Shown: in pieces, positions 1-10,974 of the stretch
How positions within the stretch are numbered: position 1 is the stretch's first letter
How the letters are laid out: every line of letters begins with the position of its first letter
Origin: an uncultured Nitrospiraceae bacterium
GTDB lineage: Bacteria > Nitrospirota > Thermodesulfovibrionia > Thermodesulfovibrionales > UBA6898
Direction: 5' to 3'
DNA: 64,000 bases
Assembly (NCBI GenBank): GCA_963811165.1
Contig: CAWEQH010000010.1
Coordinates: 768,001-832,000 of the forward strand
Position numbers and translations under genes: made by a program
Notes under the pieces: generated by a model
What the model was told of the DNA's origin: nothing
The model's input: the letters and a program-made list of their open reading frames with translations, nothing else
Databases searched by the model: none

Positions 1-1
1 C

Positions 2-934
2 GGCAGAAAGCAACCGGTCAATCTTGCCGTTATCGATCTGAACAAAGTGATAAAGGGATTCGAGAAATTCCTCCTCAGGCTTATCAGAGAGGACATAGCG
101 CTGCAAACGGCATACGAAGGAGACGCTCTTCACGTGCTGGCCGACAAAGGACAGGTCGAACAGGTCATCATGAACCTTGTGACAAACGCGCGTGATGCCA
201 TGCCCGAAGGCGGGAGCCTTCTTATCGCGACGGGGCGTATATATCTTGGCCGGGCCTTCATCGACTCTCAGGGATACGGCAAGCCGGGCGAATACGCCGT
301 TGTTACCGTGACCGATACGGGCGGCGGCATGGATGAACCCACAATAGCGCGCATCTTCGAGCCGTTTTATAGTACTAAAGAACAGGGAAAGGGCACGGGA
401 CTCGGTCTTTCCATGGTGCATGGTACAGTGAAAAAGCATAACAGTTTCATCACCGTTACCAGCGAGCCTGGCCATGGGACGACCTTTACTATTTATTTCC
501 CCCTCGTCCGGGTGGCCGCGCAGGCCGAACCGCATAGAGAAAAAAAACCGGCCGAGGTCCGGGGAGGTAAGGAGACCATCCTCCTGGCGGAAGACGATGT
601 TTCGCTCAGGCGTCTCTATACGTTAGCACTCAAAGATTTCGGCTATGCCGTCATAGAGGCGGTTGACGGGGAAGATGCGATTTCCCGGTTCAGGGAGAAC
701 AGGGAAAGAATTCAGCTGACCATCCTTGACGGGATCATGCCGAAGATGAACGGAAACGAGGCATACAGGGAAATCATGGCCTTGAACCCCGGGATAAAGT
801 GCATCTTCATAAGTGGATATCCGGAGAACATATTTACCCAAAACGGCATGCCCGACGGCAAAACCGAACTCATTCTCAAACCGATCTCGCCTGTTGATCT
901 TCTGACAAAGATCAGGGCTGTGCTGGACGGGTAA
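2..934 (+). CDS. Hybrid sensor histidine kinase/response regulator, C-terminal part (5'-truncated by window edge)
   Basis: Frame open from base 2. HATPase motifs (QVIMNLVTNARDAM, DTGGGM, FEPFYSTK, GTGLGL) followed by a receiver domain (LAEDD, ILDGIMP, KP). Confidence 0.92.
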   Translation, partial: GRKQPVNLAVIDLNKVIKGFEKFLLRLIREDIALQTAYEGDALHVLADKGQVEQVIMNLVTNARDAMPEGGSLLIATGRIYLGRAFIDSQGYGKPGEYAVVTVTDTGGGMDEPTIARIFEPFYSTKEQGKGTGLGLSMVHGTVKKHNSFITVTSEPGHGTTFTIYFPLVRVAAQAEPHREKKPAEVRGGKETILLAEDDVSLRRLYTLALKDFGYAVIEAVDGEDAISRFRENRERIQLTILDGIMPKMNGNEAYREIMALNPGIKCIFISGYPENIFTQNGMPDGKTELILKPISPVDLLTKIRAVLDG

Positions 935-1024
935 GCAACTTATCTGCTATAGAATCCCGATTATTCATCGCGTTCATTCGGCAAATAGTATACTGACTAA
1001 TCAGGCGCCTGCCATCCGCCGGCC

Positions 1025-1480
1025 TCACCCTTCGCCCTCAGCGAGGCCCTTCAACTTCAGAAGATATTTCTTCATGCGAGGTCTAAAGAGATATTGCGAA
1101 AGGAAGATCAGGCCCCCTGTCAAGAAATTCGTCCGATATTTATACAAGACGATGCGCTGTTTGAGCAATGTACCCCTGGTGGACGATGAAAGTTCATATG
1201 CCTCCTGCAGATAGCCGCTCACGGGCATATCGCCGCCCGTCAGATGAATGACGAGCCTCGTGGGTTTTTCAAACTCCAGCACCTCCGCCAGATAGTTGCT
1301 CTCTCTGCCGCGAAACTCGTACCTGACCCTCCACCGCGAGCCGGCCGTCCACTCACCCGCAGACACGGGTACGATCGCCTTGATCCCGCCGTGCCACTTC
1401 CTCACCTTTTGCGGATCGGAAATATAAGACCATACCTCCTCGGGAGGGGCGGCGATGTCGCTGCGGAATACGATGATCAC
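1025..1480 (-). CDS. SRPBCC/START-like (polyketide cyclase/dehydrase) family protein
   Basis: N-terminal IAAPPEEVWSYISDP..W signature. GTG start with AGGAGG SD directly after the permease gene. Confidence 0.75.
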   Translation of the reverse strand: MIIVFRSDIAAPPEEVWSYISDPQKVRKWHGGIKAIVPVSAGEWTAGSRWRVRYEFRGRESNYLAEVLEFEKPTRLVIHLTGGDMPVSGYLQEAYELSSSTRGTLLKQRIVLYKYRTNFLTGGLIFLSQYLFRPRMKKYLLKLKGLAEGEG

Positions 1481-1488
1481 GCCTCCTC

Positions 1489-2256
1489 TTATCCCTTCCT
1501 TTCAAACACCTTCCCGCCGATAACTACAAAGATCAGCGCCGCGGCGAGGATGACGAGCACATCCAGCACAAACGGAAAGTCCGGACTCATCGGGCCTTTT
1601 TCAAGCGGGAAGGTCAGATGCTTAAGCGCATCCACGCCGAAGGTAAGCGGGTTGATCTTCGTAACGAGCTGAAGCATGGGAGGCATGAGTTTTACCGGAT
1701 ACATCGCGCCTGAGAGGAAGAACATCGGCATCACGATAAAGTTCATGATAACGCTGAAGCTTTCGTAATTTTCGTATAAGGACGCCAGCACAATGCCGAA
1801 GGAGGCCAGGGCAAAGGCCAGGATGGCGCAGACGAAAATAATGCCCGCGATTTCGAGCGGCCCAATCCTGAGGCCCAGAAAAGGGAAAAAAGCGAGGATG
1901 ATCACCGCCTGTATCGTCGAGATGATCATGCCGCTCATCGCCTTCCCTACCACGACAGAAAACCTCGATATGGGCGCAACGAGTATCTCCTTCATAAATC
2001 CGAATTCCTTGTCCCATATGATCGATATCGAAGAAAAGATCGAGCTGAATAGGATCGTCATGCCGAGTATGCCGGGGAAGATGAATTGTATGTAAGAGAC
2101 CCCTCTGCCCGCAGGCACAAGCCTCGACATGCCGCCTCCGACGAGGAAGAGCCAGACAAGGGGCCTTGCGATCGTCGATATGAGGCGGCTCTTCTCCCTG
2201 ATGAATTTTTTAAACTCCCGCGCAACGATCACGTAGACGGCGTTAGCTTCTATCAT
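1489..2256 (-). CDS. ABC-2 type transporter permease (DrrB-like)
   Basis: About six hydrophobic segments. DKEFGFMKEILVAP and NPLTFGVDA motifs. Overlaps the ATPase gene. Confidence 0.92.
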   Translation of the reverse strand: MIEANAVYVIVAREFKKFIREKSRLISTIARPLVWLFLVGGGMSRLVPAGRGVSYIQFIFPGILGMTILFSSIFSSISIIWDKEFGFMKEILVAPISRFSVVVGKAMSGMIISTIQAVIILAFFPFLGLRIGPLEIAGIIFVCAILAFALASFGIVLASLYENYESFSVIMNFIVMPMFFLSGAMYPVKLMPPMLQLVTKINPLTFGVDALKHLTFPLEKGPMSPDFPFVLDVLVILAAALIFVVIGGKVFERKG

Positions 2257-3229
2257 GCCGCCTCCTGTATGAACGGACCGCCTCTTTGATGTCGTCTCCC
2301 GGGGAGACCGTCTCCTCCCTTATCTCCTTGCCCGTAAGCTTCAGGAATACGTCATTAAGCGTAGGCCTCTGCATCCTCACCGACAGGACCTGCTCGCCTA
2401 TTTCGCGTATGATCTCCGGGATACACGCCTCGCCCTTGAGCACCGATATGAAGATCTCACCGTCTTTTTCGGACGCCTCAATGCCGAAAAGGCCCCTTAT
2501 CTCCTCCATCGCCTTTTTGTTGTCGGCGGTCTTCAGGTATATCACGTCTCCGCCTATTATCTTCTTTAGCTCACGGGGCGTGCCCGATGCGATTATCCTG
2601 CCTTTATCGATGATGGCTATCTTGTCGCAGACCTCCGCCTCCTCCATATAATGGGTGGTCATGAAGATCGTCACGTTGTGCTTCCTCGGGAGGTCGGTAA
2701 TGAATTCCCATAGGCTCTGCCTGCTTTGCGGGTCGAGGCCGAGCGTCGGCTCATCAAGAAAAAGCACCTTCGGCCTGTGTATGAGTCCCCTGGCAACTTC
2801 GAGTCTGCGTTTCATGCCCCCGGAAAAAGTCTTTATGAGGTTGTTGGCCCTGTCCTGAAGCCCTGCAAACGCAAGGGCGTCCTCCACCCGCTTTTTCCTT
2901 TCGGTCTTCGGCACGTCGTAGAGATGCGCATGGAACATAAGGTTTTCTCTTGCCGTCAGGTCCTTGTCAAGGGAGCTGTCCTGAAAGACGATGCCGATCG
3001 ACCTTCGCACGGCGGCAGATTCCGAATAGCAGTTGTGACCGTCCAGGGAGGCCGTGCCTGACGTAGGCGCCAGCAGGGTACAGAGTATGTTGATCGTGGT
3101 TGTTTTCCCCGCGCCGTTTGGCCCGAGGAAGCCGAAGATGGTGTTCTGCTCGACCTCAAAGGAAATGCCGCCCACCGCCGTGATCGCACCGAATTTCTTG
3201 ACGAGGTCTTCTACCTTTATAATCTGCAT
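2243..3229 (-). CDS. ABC transporter ATP-binding protein (DrrA-like)
   Basis: Walker A GPNGAGKT, signature FSGGMKRR, Walker B LFLDEPT, C-terminal PTLNDVFLKLTG. Confidence 0.95.
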   Translation of the reverse strand: MQIIKVEDLVKKFGAITAVGGISFEVEQNTIFGFLGPNGAGKTTTINILCTLLAPTSGTASLDGHNCYSESAAVRRSIGIVFQDSSLDKDLTARENLMFHAHLYDVPKTERKKRVEDALAFAGLQDRANNLIKTFSGGMKRRLEVARGLIHRPKVLFLDEPTLGLDPQSRQSLWEFITDLPRKHNVTIFMTTHYMEEAEVCDKIAIIDKGRIIASGTPRELKKIIGGDVIYLKTADNKKAMEEIRGLFGIEASEKDGEIFISVLKGEACIPEIIREIGEQVLSVRMQRPTLNDVFLKLTGKEIREETVSPGDDIKEAVRSYRRRHDRS

Positions 3230-3322
3230 AGAAAAGTTTAGCAGATTCTGAGAAAGATGGGGAAGATAGTATGGCCTCAGCTGGGGATAAAGTTTCTACC
3301 CGCAAGAAACATACTGTCGGGA

Positions 3323-4267
3323 CTATACCTTCCCTCTATTAGCCATTTCACGCAAGCCCGTGATGTCGCGAAGCGGCGAGTCACCAAACAAGCGGCTGTA
3401 CTCCCGGCTGAATTGGGAGGGGCTTTCATAGCCGACCTGAAACGCCGCCGTGGCCGCATCCTGATTTTCGGCGAGCATCAACCGCCGCGCTTCGTTCAGA
3501 CGCAACCATTTTTGGTATTGCAGCGGGCTCATTGCCGTCACCGCCCGGAAGTGATGGTGGAAGGTCGATGTACTCATATGGACTTGCGTTGCGAGGTGAT
3601 CGATACGCAACGGCTGTGTGAAGTTACCCTTCAACCAATCGACTGCACGCGCAATCTGTTGACTCTGACTTCCCGCCGACGCCATCTGGCGCAGACGCGT
3701 ACCTTGATCGCCCACAAGTAAACGGTAAAATATTTCCCGCTGGATGATCGGCGCAAGGATCGGGATGTCCTTCGGTTCATCAAGCAGGTCGATCAAACGT
3801 TGAAAGGCGGCGAGCAGCGGAAATGTAACCTCGCCGGTCGCCATTCCACGGCTCGTTTGCTGCGGACGGGGGGGAGGCAGATTGCTGTCCACCATCAGTT
3901 GTGAAATCTCGCGCTGATCAAGTTTCAAGATGAGCCCCAGGAAGGGCTTCTCCCGGCTTGCTTCGATGATCTGCACAACTGTGGGCAGATCCACGGACGT
4001 GATTAAAAAGTTGTGTAGGTCATAAACATACGTGTCGTCTCCGAGCAGCACGCGTTTTGCACCTTGTGTGGTCAAGCAAATACTTGGCTCGTACATGGCG
4101 CTAGACGGCTGAGTCGGTTCATCCCGCCGAAAAAGTGACAAGCCCGGAATCGCGGTCATGATCCGGTCTGGTTTATCAGTCCATCGGGCAATGCTCTTTG
4201 CCAAAGCCTCAATCGCAACATTCAGGCTGTTATTCTCAATTGTCTGATTCTTGGCCAGCTTATGCAT
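3323..4267 (-). CDS. AraC family transcriptional regulator (AraC_N/YqhC-like)
   Basis: N-terminal YEPSICL..QGAK domain and C-terminal double HTH (SPLQYQKWLRL, VGYESPSQFSREY). Divergent from the oxidoreductase cluster. Confidence 0.93.
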   Translation of the reverse strand: MHKLAKNQTIENNSLNVAIEALAKSIARWTDKPDRIMTAIPGLSLFRRDEPTQPSSAMYEPSICLTTQGAKRVLLGDDTYVYDLHNFLITSVDLPTVVQIIEASREKPFLGLILKLDQREISQLMVDSNLPPPRPQQTSRGMATGEVTFPLLAAFQRLIDLLDEPKDIPILAPIIQREIFYRLLVGDQGTRLRQMASAGSQSQQIARAVDWLKGNFTQPLRIDHLATQVHMSTSTFHHHFRAVTAMSPLQYQKWLRLNEARRLMLAENQDAATAAFQVGYESPSQFSREYSRLFGDSPLRDITGLREMANRGKV

Positions 4268-4496
4268 TAATGCCTCCTTTTCTCAATGATACCAAGCTTT
4301 ACTTCATCGTAACAACAAATTTATCGTAAGCTCGTACGATTAGGCAAGAAATTAACAGAATTGGTCTACCTGACTTTGGTTTTTCAGAATTACAATAAAA
4401 TCATGAGCAGGGCGGCTGACGCCTCGTTAGCCACGTAGAAGGCAATATGATACTATCTGATAAGGAAACATTGCGTTTGATAACCAAGGAGGATAA

Positions 4497-5487
<991 letters not shown>

Positions 5488-5516
5488 CCGGAAGAATGTC
5501 TTTTGGTTGCTTGCCT

Positions 5517-5595
5517 GTCATCCGGGCTTGACCCGGAATCCAGCGACTTGAGAGACAAACTACTGGATTCCGGCTCAACTCACTGCCGGAATGAC
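5517..5595. repeat. REP/RPE-like palindromic intergenic element (GTCAT..GGAATCCAG / CTGGATTCC..ATGAC type)
   Basis: Complementary termini GTCAT/ATGAC. 11-bp inverted repeat CCGGAATCCAG (5533-5543) / CTGGATTCCGG (5563-5573). Small internal hairpin CCGGG-CTTGA-CCCGG. Confidence 0.7.
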
Positions 5596-5648
5596 CGGCA
5601 AAATATTGAGCTTATACATAAAAACTATTTAACATGGAGGAAAAAGCA

Positions 5649-6713
5649 ATGACAATGAACGTACGAGGTTACGCAGCACAGTCCGCCAAGGATGCCCTGG
5701 CCCCCTATCGCTTTGAGCGTCGCGAGCCGCGAACTGACGATGTGGTTATCGAGATTCTCTATTGCGGCGTATGCCACTCGGATTTACATACGGTCCGCAA
5801 TGACTGGAGTAGTTGGTTTCCCACTACTTACCCGGTCGTGCCTGGTCATGAAATCATCGGCCGCGTGACAAGTGTCGGAAAGGATGTCAAACGCTTCAAA
5901 CAAGGCGATCATGTCGGCGTCGGTTGCATGGTCGATTCCTGCCAGCATTGTGCGTCATGCGAGCAAGGACTGGAACAGTATTGCGAGGAAACCGCGACAT
6001 TCACCTATAACCATATTGATCGCCACGATCACATGCCTACCTTCGGCGGGTATTCTGAGAAGATCGTCGTGTCGGACAAATTCGTACTGAAGATTCCTGA
6101 TGGGCTGGATCTGAAAGGGGCGGCGCCTTTATTGTGCGCAGGGATTACTACCTGGTCGCCGCTTCGCCACTGGAAAGTGGGTAAGGACAGCAAGGTGGCG
6201 GTTGTCGGCCTCGGTGGACTGGGTCATATGGCCTTGAAACTGGCAAAAGCGCTGGGCGCTAGTGTCACGCTGTTTACCCGTTCATCGGGGAAAGAGAAGG
6301 AAGCGCGGCGTTTGGGCGCCGATACAGTAGTGCTCTCCACCGACAAAGGGCAGATGGAAGCCGTAAAAGGCCGGTTCGAGCTGATAATCGATACCGTGCC
6401 CTATGTCCATGATCTCAACTACTATCTGCCGTCGCTGACGATTAACGGCACGCTGGTGTTGCTTGGGTTTCTGGGCGGGCTGGAGCCAATATTGAGCACC
6501 GTGCCGTTGGTGATGGGGCGTAGATCGGTGGCGGGGTCTGTCATTGGCGGTATCGCCGAAACCCAGGAGATGCTCGACTTTTGCGGCAAGCACGGCATCA
6601 CTTCAGATGTCGAAGTGATCAAGATCCAGGATATCAATGAAGCGTATGAACGCATGCTGAAAAGTGACGTGAAATATCGGTTTGTGATCGACATGGCGTC
6701 GCTTAAGGCCTGA
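5649..6713 (+). CDS. Zn-dependent NAD(P)-dependent alcohol dehydrogenase (cinnamyl-ADH/YahK-like)
   Basis: CGVCHSD, GHE, structural Zn motif CxxCxx[18 protein letters not shown]-terminal DVKYRFVID. Start moved to ATG 5649 behind a GGAGG SD. Confidence 0.93.
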   Translation: MTMNVRGYAAQSAKDALAPYRFERREPRTDDVVIEILYCGVCHSDLHTVRNDWSSWFPTTYPVVPGHEIIGRVTSVGKDVKRFKQGDHVGVGCMVDSCQHCASCEQGLEQYCEETATFTYNHIDRHDHMPTFGGYSEKIVVSDKFVLKIPDGLDLKGAAPLLCAGITTWSPLRHWKVGKDSKVAVVGLGGLGHMALKLAKALGASVTLFTRSSGKEKEARRLGADTVVLSTDKGQMEAVKGRFELIIDTVPYVHDLNYYLPSLTINGTLVLLGFLGGLEPILSTVPLVMGRRSVAGSVIGGIAETQEMLDFCGKHGITSDVEVIKIQDINEAYERMLKSDVKYRFVIDMASLKA

Positions 6714-6732
6714 TAGCGAAGGAGATAATAGA

Positions 6733-7129
6733 ATGGAGATAAAGCGAAGCGGCTCACAACCATCCGGCAAGGGGCCGGGAGAATATTTTACCGGAACAGT
6801 ACGCGTTGATCCTCTGTTCAACGCGCCCGATCCCGCGCGGGTCCTCGGCGCTCTGGTCACCTTCGAGCCCGGCTCCCGCACGGCATGGCACAGCCACCCC
6901 CTGGGCCAGACCCTGATCGTCACGGCAGGGTGCGGCCTGGTTCAGCGCTGGGGCGGCCCGATCGAGGAGATTCGGCCGGGTGACGTGGTCTGGATTGCAC
7001 CTGATGAAAAGCATTGGCACGGCGCCGCAGCCGACAACCGCCATGACGCATATCGCCATTGTGGAGCAGGCCGACGGCAAGAGCGCCGAGTGGATGGAAA
7101 AGGTGAGCGACGAACAATACCGCGGGTGA
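6733..7129 (+). pseudogene. Cupin domain protein with a single +1 frameshift at ~7029-7030
   Basis: [12 protein letters not shown] and EKHWHGA cupin motifs. Removing 1 nt restores ..[36 protein letters not shown] (TGA 7127-7129, 131 aa). Confidence 0.88.
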
Positions 7130-7245
7130 TCTTACGCCTTTGAAATGATGTCTTATCGAAAGGTGGACAATACCCAAGGAAATACAAATTTTGCGTCGCG
7201 GTCTGGCGTCGCTCAAAGACAGACAGCGTGAAGAGGATAATGCAT

Positions 7246-7785
7246 ATGTCAAAAAAAGTATTGGTATTGTCTGCAAGTCCAAGAAAAGGCGGGAATTCCG
7301 ATCTGTTATGTGATCAGTTCATGCGCGGGGCGAAAGAAGCAGGAAACCAGGTGGAAAAAATATTTCTAAGGGACAAAAGGATCAATTATTGTATCGGATG
7401 CGGCACCTGTCAGGGCAATGGAGGCAAGTGTATTCAGAAGGATGATATGGCCGAAGTCCTCGATAGGATGATAGCTGCCGATGTGATCGTGATGGCGACA
7501 CCTGTGTACTTTTATACCATGAACGCACAGATGAAGACACTGATCGACAGGACCTGTGCCCGTTATACCGAAATCAGAAATAAGGATTTTTACTTCATCG
7601 TGGCAGCTGCCGATACCAGCAAGCGGGCGATGGGGAGGACCTTGGAGGGATTCAGGGCATTCACATCCTGTTTGAGCCGGCCAAAAGAAAAGGGGATTAT
7701 CTATGGTACCGGCGCCTGGAAGATCGGAGATATCAAAAAAAGTGATGCCATGAATAAAGCTTTTGAAATGGGTAAAACAGTATAA
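7246..7785 (+). CDS. Flavodoxin family / iron-sulfur flavoprotein
   Basis: SASPRKGGNS FMN loop, CxxCxxCx6C cluster motif, ATPVYFY, MKTLIDR. GAGGA SD favours ATG 7246. Confidence 0.88.
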   Translation: MSKKVLVLSASPRKGGNSDLLCDQFMRGAKEAGNQVEKIFLRDKRINYCIGCGTCQGNGGKCIQKDDMAEVLDRMIAADVIVMATPVYFYTMNAQMKTLIDRTCARYTEIRNKDFYFIVAAADTSKRAMGRTLEGFRAFTSCLSRPKEKGIIYGTGAWKIGDIKKSDAMNKAFEMGKTV

Positions 7786-7810
7786 ACCGAAGGACTAAGA
7801 GGGTTTAAAC

Positions 7811-8557
7811 ATGAGCATAAGTGAAACAGCAAACAAAAACCATGGGGAACTGTTCCCGGATCATAAATCAACATTGAAAATAACAGATCCGGAATTGATA
7901 GAAGTATTCGACAATTTCGCTTTCGACGAAGTGCTTAGGTATGGAAACCTGGATACCAGAACAAGGCTAATGGTTATTTTGGGATCAATGATTGCAAGCC
8001 AGGCTTTAGGCGAATATAAAGTGATGCTTGGTGGTGCGCTGAATGTCGGTGTAACTCCGGTTGAAGTGAAAGAAATTGTATATCAGGCTGTACCCTATGT
8101 TGGAATTGCAAAAGTATTTGATTTTCTCCATGCCACAAATGAAATATTGGAAAGCAGGGGAATAAAGCTGCCATTAGAAGGACAATCTACCACTTCACCG
8201 GAAACACGATTTGAAAAAGGACTGGAATTACAAAAATCAATCTTTGGAGAAATGATTGATAAGATGTATAAGGAATCACCGGCAAATCAGCTTCATATTC
8301 AAAAATATTTATCTGCTAATTGTTTTGGTGATTATTTGACAAGAAAAGGATTAGACATAAAAACAAGAGAGCTTTTAACGTTTTCCATGATCTTATCTTT
8401 GGGCGGATGTGAGCCGCAGTTAAAAGGGCATATACAAGGCAATTTAAATGTCGGAAATGATAAAGAAGTATTACTTAGCACCGTTACTCAACTATTACCT
8501 TATGTAGGATATCCAAGAACATTAAATGCAATAAGATGTATAAATGAAGTAGGGTGA
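7811..8557 (+). CDS. Carboxymuconolactone decarboxylase (CMD/AhpD-like) family protein, two domains
   Basis: Repeated CMD units (LDTRTRLMVI../LDIKTRELLT.., PYVG twice, GYPRTLNA). Markedly AT-rich. Confidence 0.88.
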   Translation: MSISETANKNHGELFPDHKSTLKITDPELIEVFDNFAFDEVLRYGNLDTRTRLMVILGSMIASQALGEYKVMLGGALNVGVTPVEVKEIVYQAVPYVGIAKVFDFLHATNEILESRGIKLPLEGQSTTSPETRFEKGLELQKSIFGEMIDKMYKESPANQLHIQKYLSANCFGDYLTRKGLDIKTRELLTFSMILSLGGCEPQLKGHIQGNLNVGNDKEVLLSTVTQLLPYVGYPRTLNAIRCINEVG

Positions 8558-8945
8558 CCGTCGAACTGACAGCCGATGATTTGCACGAGGATTCTCGCGC
8601 GAAGCAAATGAGGAAACGTGACTGACCTTTCCCTCAAGGATACGCCGGAACAGAAATACGAGGTCACGCCGGCCTCGCCACGCTGGCTGTTCCGCCCTAT
8701 ATTGCATTGCTTCTTGTCGGTGCGAGTGTCTCGACCCTCGCGATACTTGCCCGATAGTGAAGCCGGATCTGCATTCGCCTAGAAGGCGTAAAGAGATAAG
8801 ATTAAGAGAGTATCCTGAAGGTCGGAGAAGTATTCTGACGCTCTCCACTTATGATGAAAATTTTTTGAAGACAGGGTTGTGTTGCAATTTTCTATCAAAT
8901 ACCTTTAAATAATTATTCGAATAAAATTCAGAACAGAAGGGAAAA

Positions 8946-10100
8946 ATGAAAAGCAGGTTCAGGATAGACAAGACGCATTACGAGATCACCGCAAAGTCGA
9001 CGATCAGGAAGGCCCTGGCGTTTCTGAAGACGACCGACCTCGAGCCGCCCTACCTTCTGATCGACACCGCCATGGTCAAGAAAAAGGTGCGCTCCATCGG
9101 CAAGAACATCAAAAATTCGAGGGTCTTTTACGCGGTCAAGGCCAACCCCGATATTGAGGTCCTGAAACTGATCGACAGTCTCGGGCTCGGGTTCGAGATC
9201 GCTTCCGAGGGGGAGCTGGCGGTCCTCACCTCGATCGGCGTCAAGCCGGCGAGGATCATCACAAGCAATCCGATAAAGTCCTTCAGGTTCCTGCGCATGC
9301 TGGCGGAATGCAACCTGCCGTATTACGCCTTCGATTCAAAAGATGAGGTCCGAAAACTGCGGGACTATGTGCCGGGCTGCAATGTATACGTCAGACTCAC
9401 GGTCCCAAACGAGGGGTCGGAATGGCCCCTGAGCAAGAAGTTCGCCGTTGAACTTGATGAGGCGGAGGAATTGCTCCTCTATGCAAAGAAGAAGGGGCTG
9501 AACCCCGCCGGCATCACCTTCCACGTCGGCTCCCAGTGCACCAACATCTACAACTGGAATTCCGCCCTCGACAAGGCCAAGATACTCTGGGACAGGATGG
9601 AGGAGAGGGGGATACGTCTTTCGGTACTGAACATCGGCGGAGGCTATCCGATACGCTATACAAAGAGCGTCGTGGATATCCCTTCGATCGACAAGAACGT
9701 CAACAGTCTCATCTACGAGAAATTTCCGAGAAATATGAAGGTCTTCATCGAACCCGGCAGGGCCGTCGTCGGGGATGCGGGCATCTTCGTATCGAGGGTC
9801 ACGGGAAAGGCCCGGCGGGGTGACGATGAGTGGCTGTACATCGACGTAGGGGTGTTCAACGGCCTCATGGAGAGCGTAGGAGGGATCAAGTACAAATATA
9901 TCGTCGAAGGGTACAGCCAGGTGAAGAAATGGACCCTTGCGGGGCCGAGCTGCGACAGCTTCGACGTAATCGACAAAGATATCCTTTTGCCGGACGCGCC
10001 TATAGGCGGAAGGGTACTGATCCTTTCAAGCGGGGCATATACGATTTCCTATGCCTCGGAGTTCAACGGCTTTTCGATACCGAAAACTATTCTGATTTAG
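8946..10100 (+). CDS. Fold-type III PLP-dependent decarboxylase (ornithine/lysine decarboxylase)
   Basis: FYAVKANP (PLP Lys), FHVGSQ, NIGGGY, EPGR, GPSCDS, GAYT. Lies upstream of speE. Confidence 0.9.
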   Translation: MKSRFRIDKTHYEITAKSTIRKALAFLKTTDLEPPYLLIDTAMVKKKVRSIGKNIKNSRVFYAVKANPDIEVLKLIDSLGLGFEIASEGELAVLTSIGVKPARIITSNPIKSFRFLRMLAECNLPYYAFDSKDEVRKLRDYVPGCNVYVRLTVPNEGSEWPLSKKFAVELDEAEELLLYAKKKGLNPAGITFHVGSQCTNIYNWNSALDKAKILWDRMEERGIRLSVLNIGGGYPIRYTKSVVDIPSIDKNVNSLIYEKFPRNMKVFIEPGRAVVGDAGIFVSRVTGKARRGDDEWLYIDVGVFNGLMESVGGIKYKYIVEGYSQVKKWTLAGPSCDSFDVIDKDILLPDAPIGGRVLILSSGAYTISYASEFNGFSIPKTILI

Positions 10101-10109
10101 GAGGCGCCG

Positions 10110-10946
10110 ATGGTAAAGTTTATCGAGAAGGACCCCTACGCACCCATTCAATATTCCTACGAAGTGTCCGAGATCCTCTATCACAAAAAAAGCAAATTCC
10201 AGGATATCATGGTCTTCGAAAACCCTTTCTTCGGAAAGGTGCTGGTGCTAGACGGGGTCGTACAGATCACGGAGAGGGACGAATTCTTCTATCACGAGAT
10301 GCTCGTCCATGTCGTCCTGAACTCCCACCCCAACCCCAGAAAGGTCGTCGTGATCGGCGGGGGCGACGGCGGCACGGTGCGCGAAGTCTTGAAACATCGG
10401 TCCGTAGAAAAGGTCTTTTTTATCGAGATAGACAAAGAGGTCATCGATGTCTCGAAAAAATTCTTCCCTTCGGTCGCAAACGGCGTCAGGGACAGACGCG
10501 TCGAGATCAAATGCATGGACGGCGCCGAGTTCGTCAGGGGCCGGCGCTCCGATATCGACGCGGTCATCGTCGATTCCACCGACATAGTGGGTTTTGCAAA
10601 GAGCCTCTTTACCAGGAATTTCTTCCGGACGATCAATAATTGCCTTACGCAAGACGGCATGTTCGTGACGCTTTCGGAGTCGCTGCACTTCCACAAGGAC
10701 ATGGTCGTAGCGGTCCAAAAGACGATGAAGTCCGCGTTCCCGGTCGTTGACCTCTACACCGCGCCGATAGCGACCTACGCGGGGAACTGGTGGTCCTTTT
10801 CGGTAGGGTCGAAAAAGTTCGATCCGAGGGAGATACGGCGCAAGGACAAGATCAGAACAAAATACTACGGCCCTGAGATACACCGGTCCGCTTTTTTGCC
10901 CAAGGACATGTACGCCAAACTGCTCACGGGAAAACTCGGTTGGTAA
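10110..10946 (+). CDS. speE: Polyamine aminopropyltransferase (spermidine synthase)
   Basis: KSKFQDI, LVLDGVVQ, DEFFYHEM, VIGGGDGG, IVDSTD. Confidence 0.93.
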   Translation: MVKFIEKDPYAPIQYSYEVSEILYHKKSKFQDIMVFENPFFGKVLVLDGVVQITERDEFFYHEMLVHVVLNSHPNPRKVVVIGGGDGGTVREVLKHRSVEKVFFIEIDKEVIDVSKKFFPSVANGVRDRRVEIKCMDGAEFVRGRRSDIDAVIVDSTDIVGFAKSLFTRNFFRTINNCLTQDGMFVTLSESLHFHKDMVVAVQKTMKSAFPVVDLYTAPIATYAGNWWSFSVGSKKFDPREIRRKDKIRTKYYGPEIHRSAFLPKDMYAKLLTGKLGW

Positions 10947-10974
10947 ATGATCGGCCATTGACCGCAGGATACGC

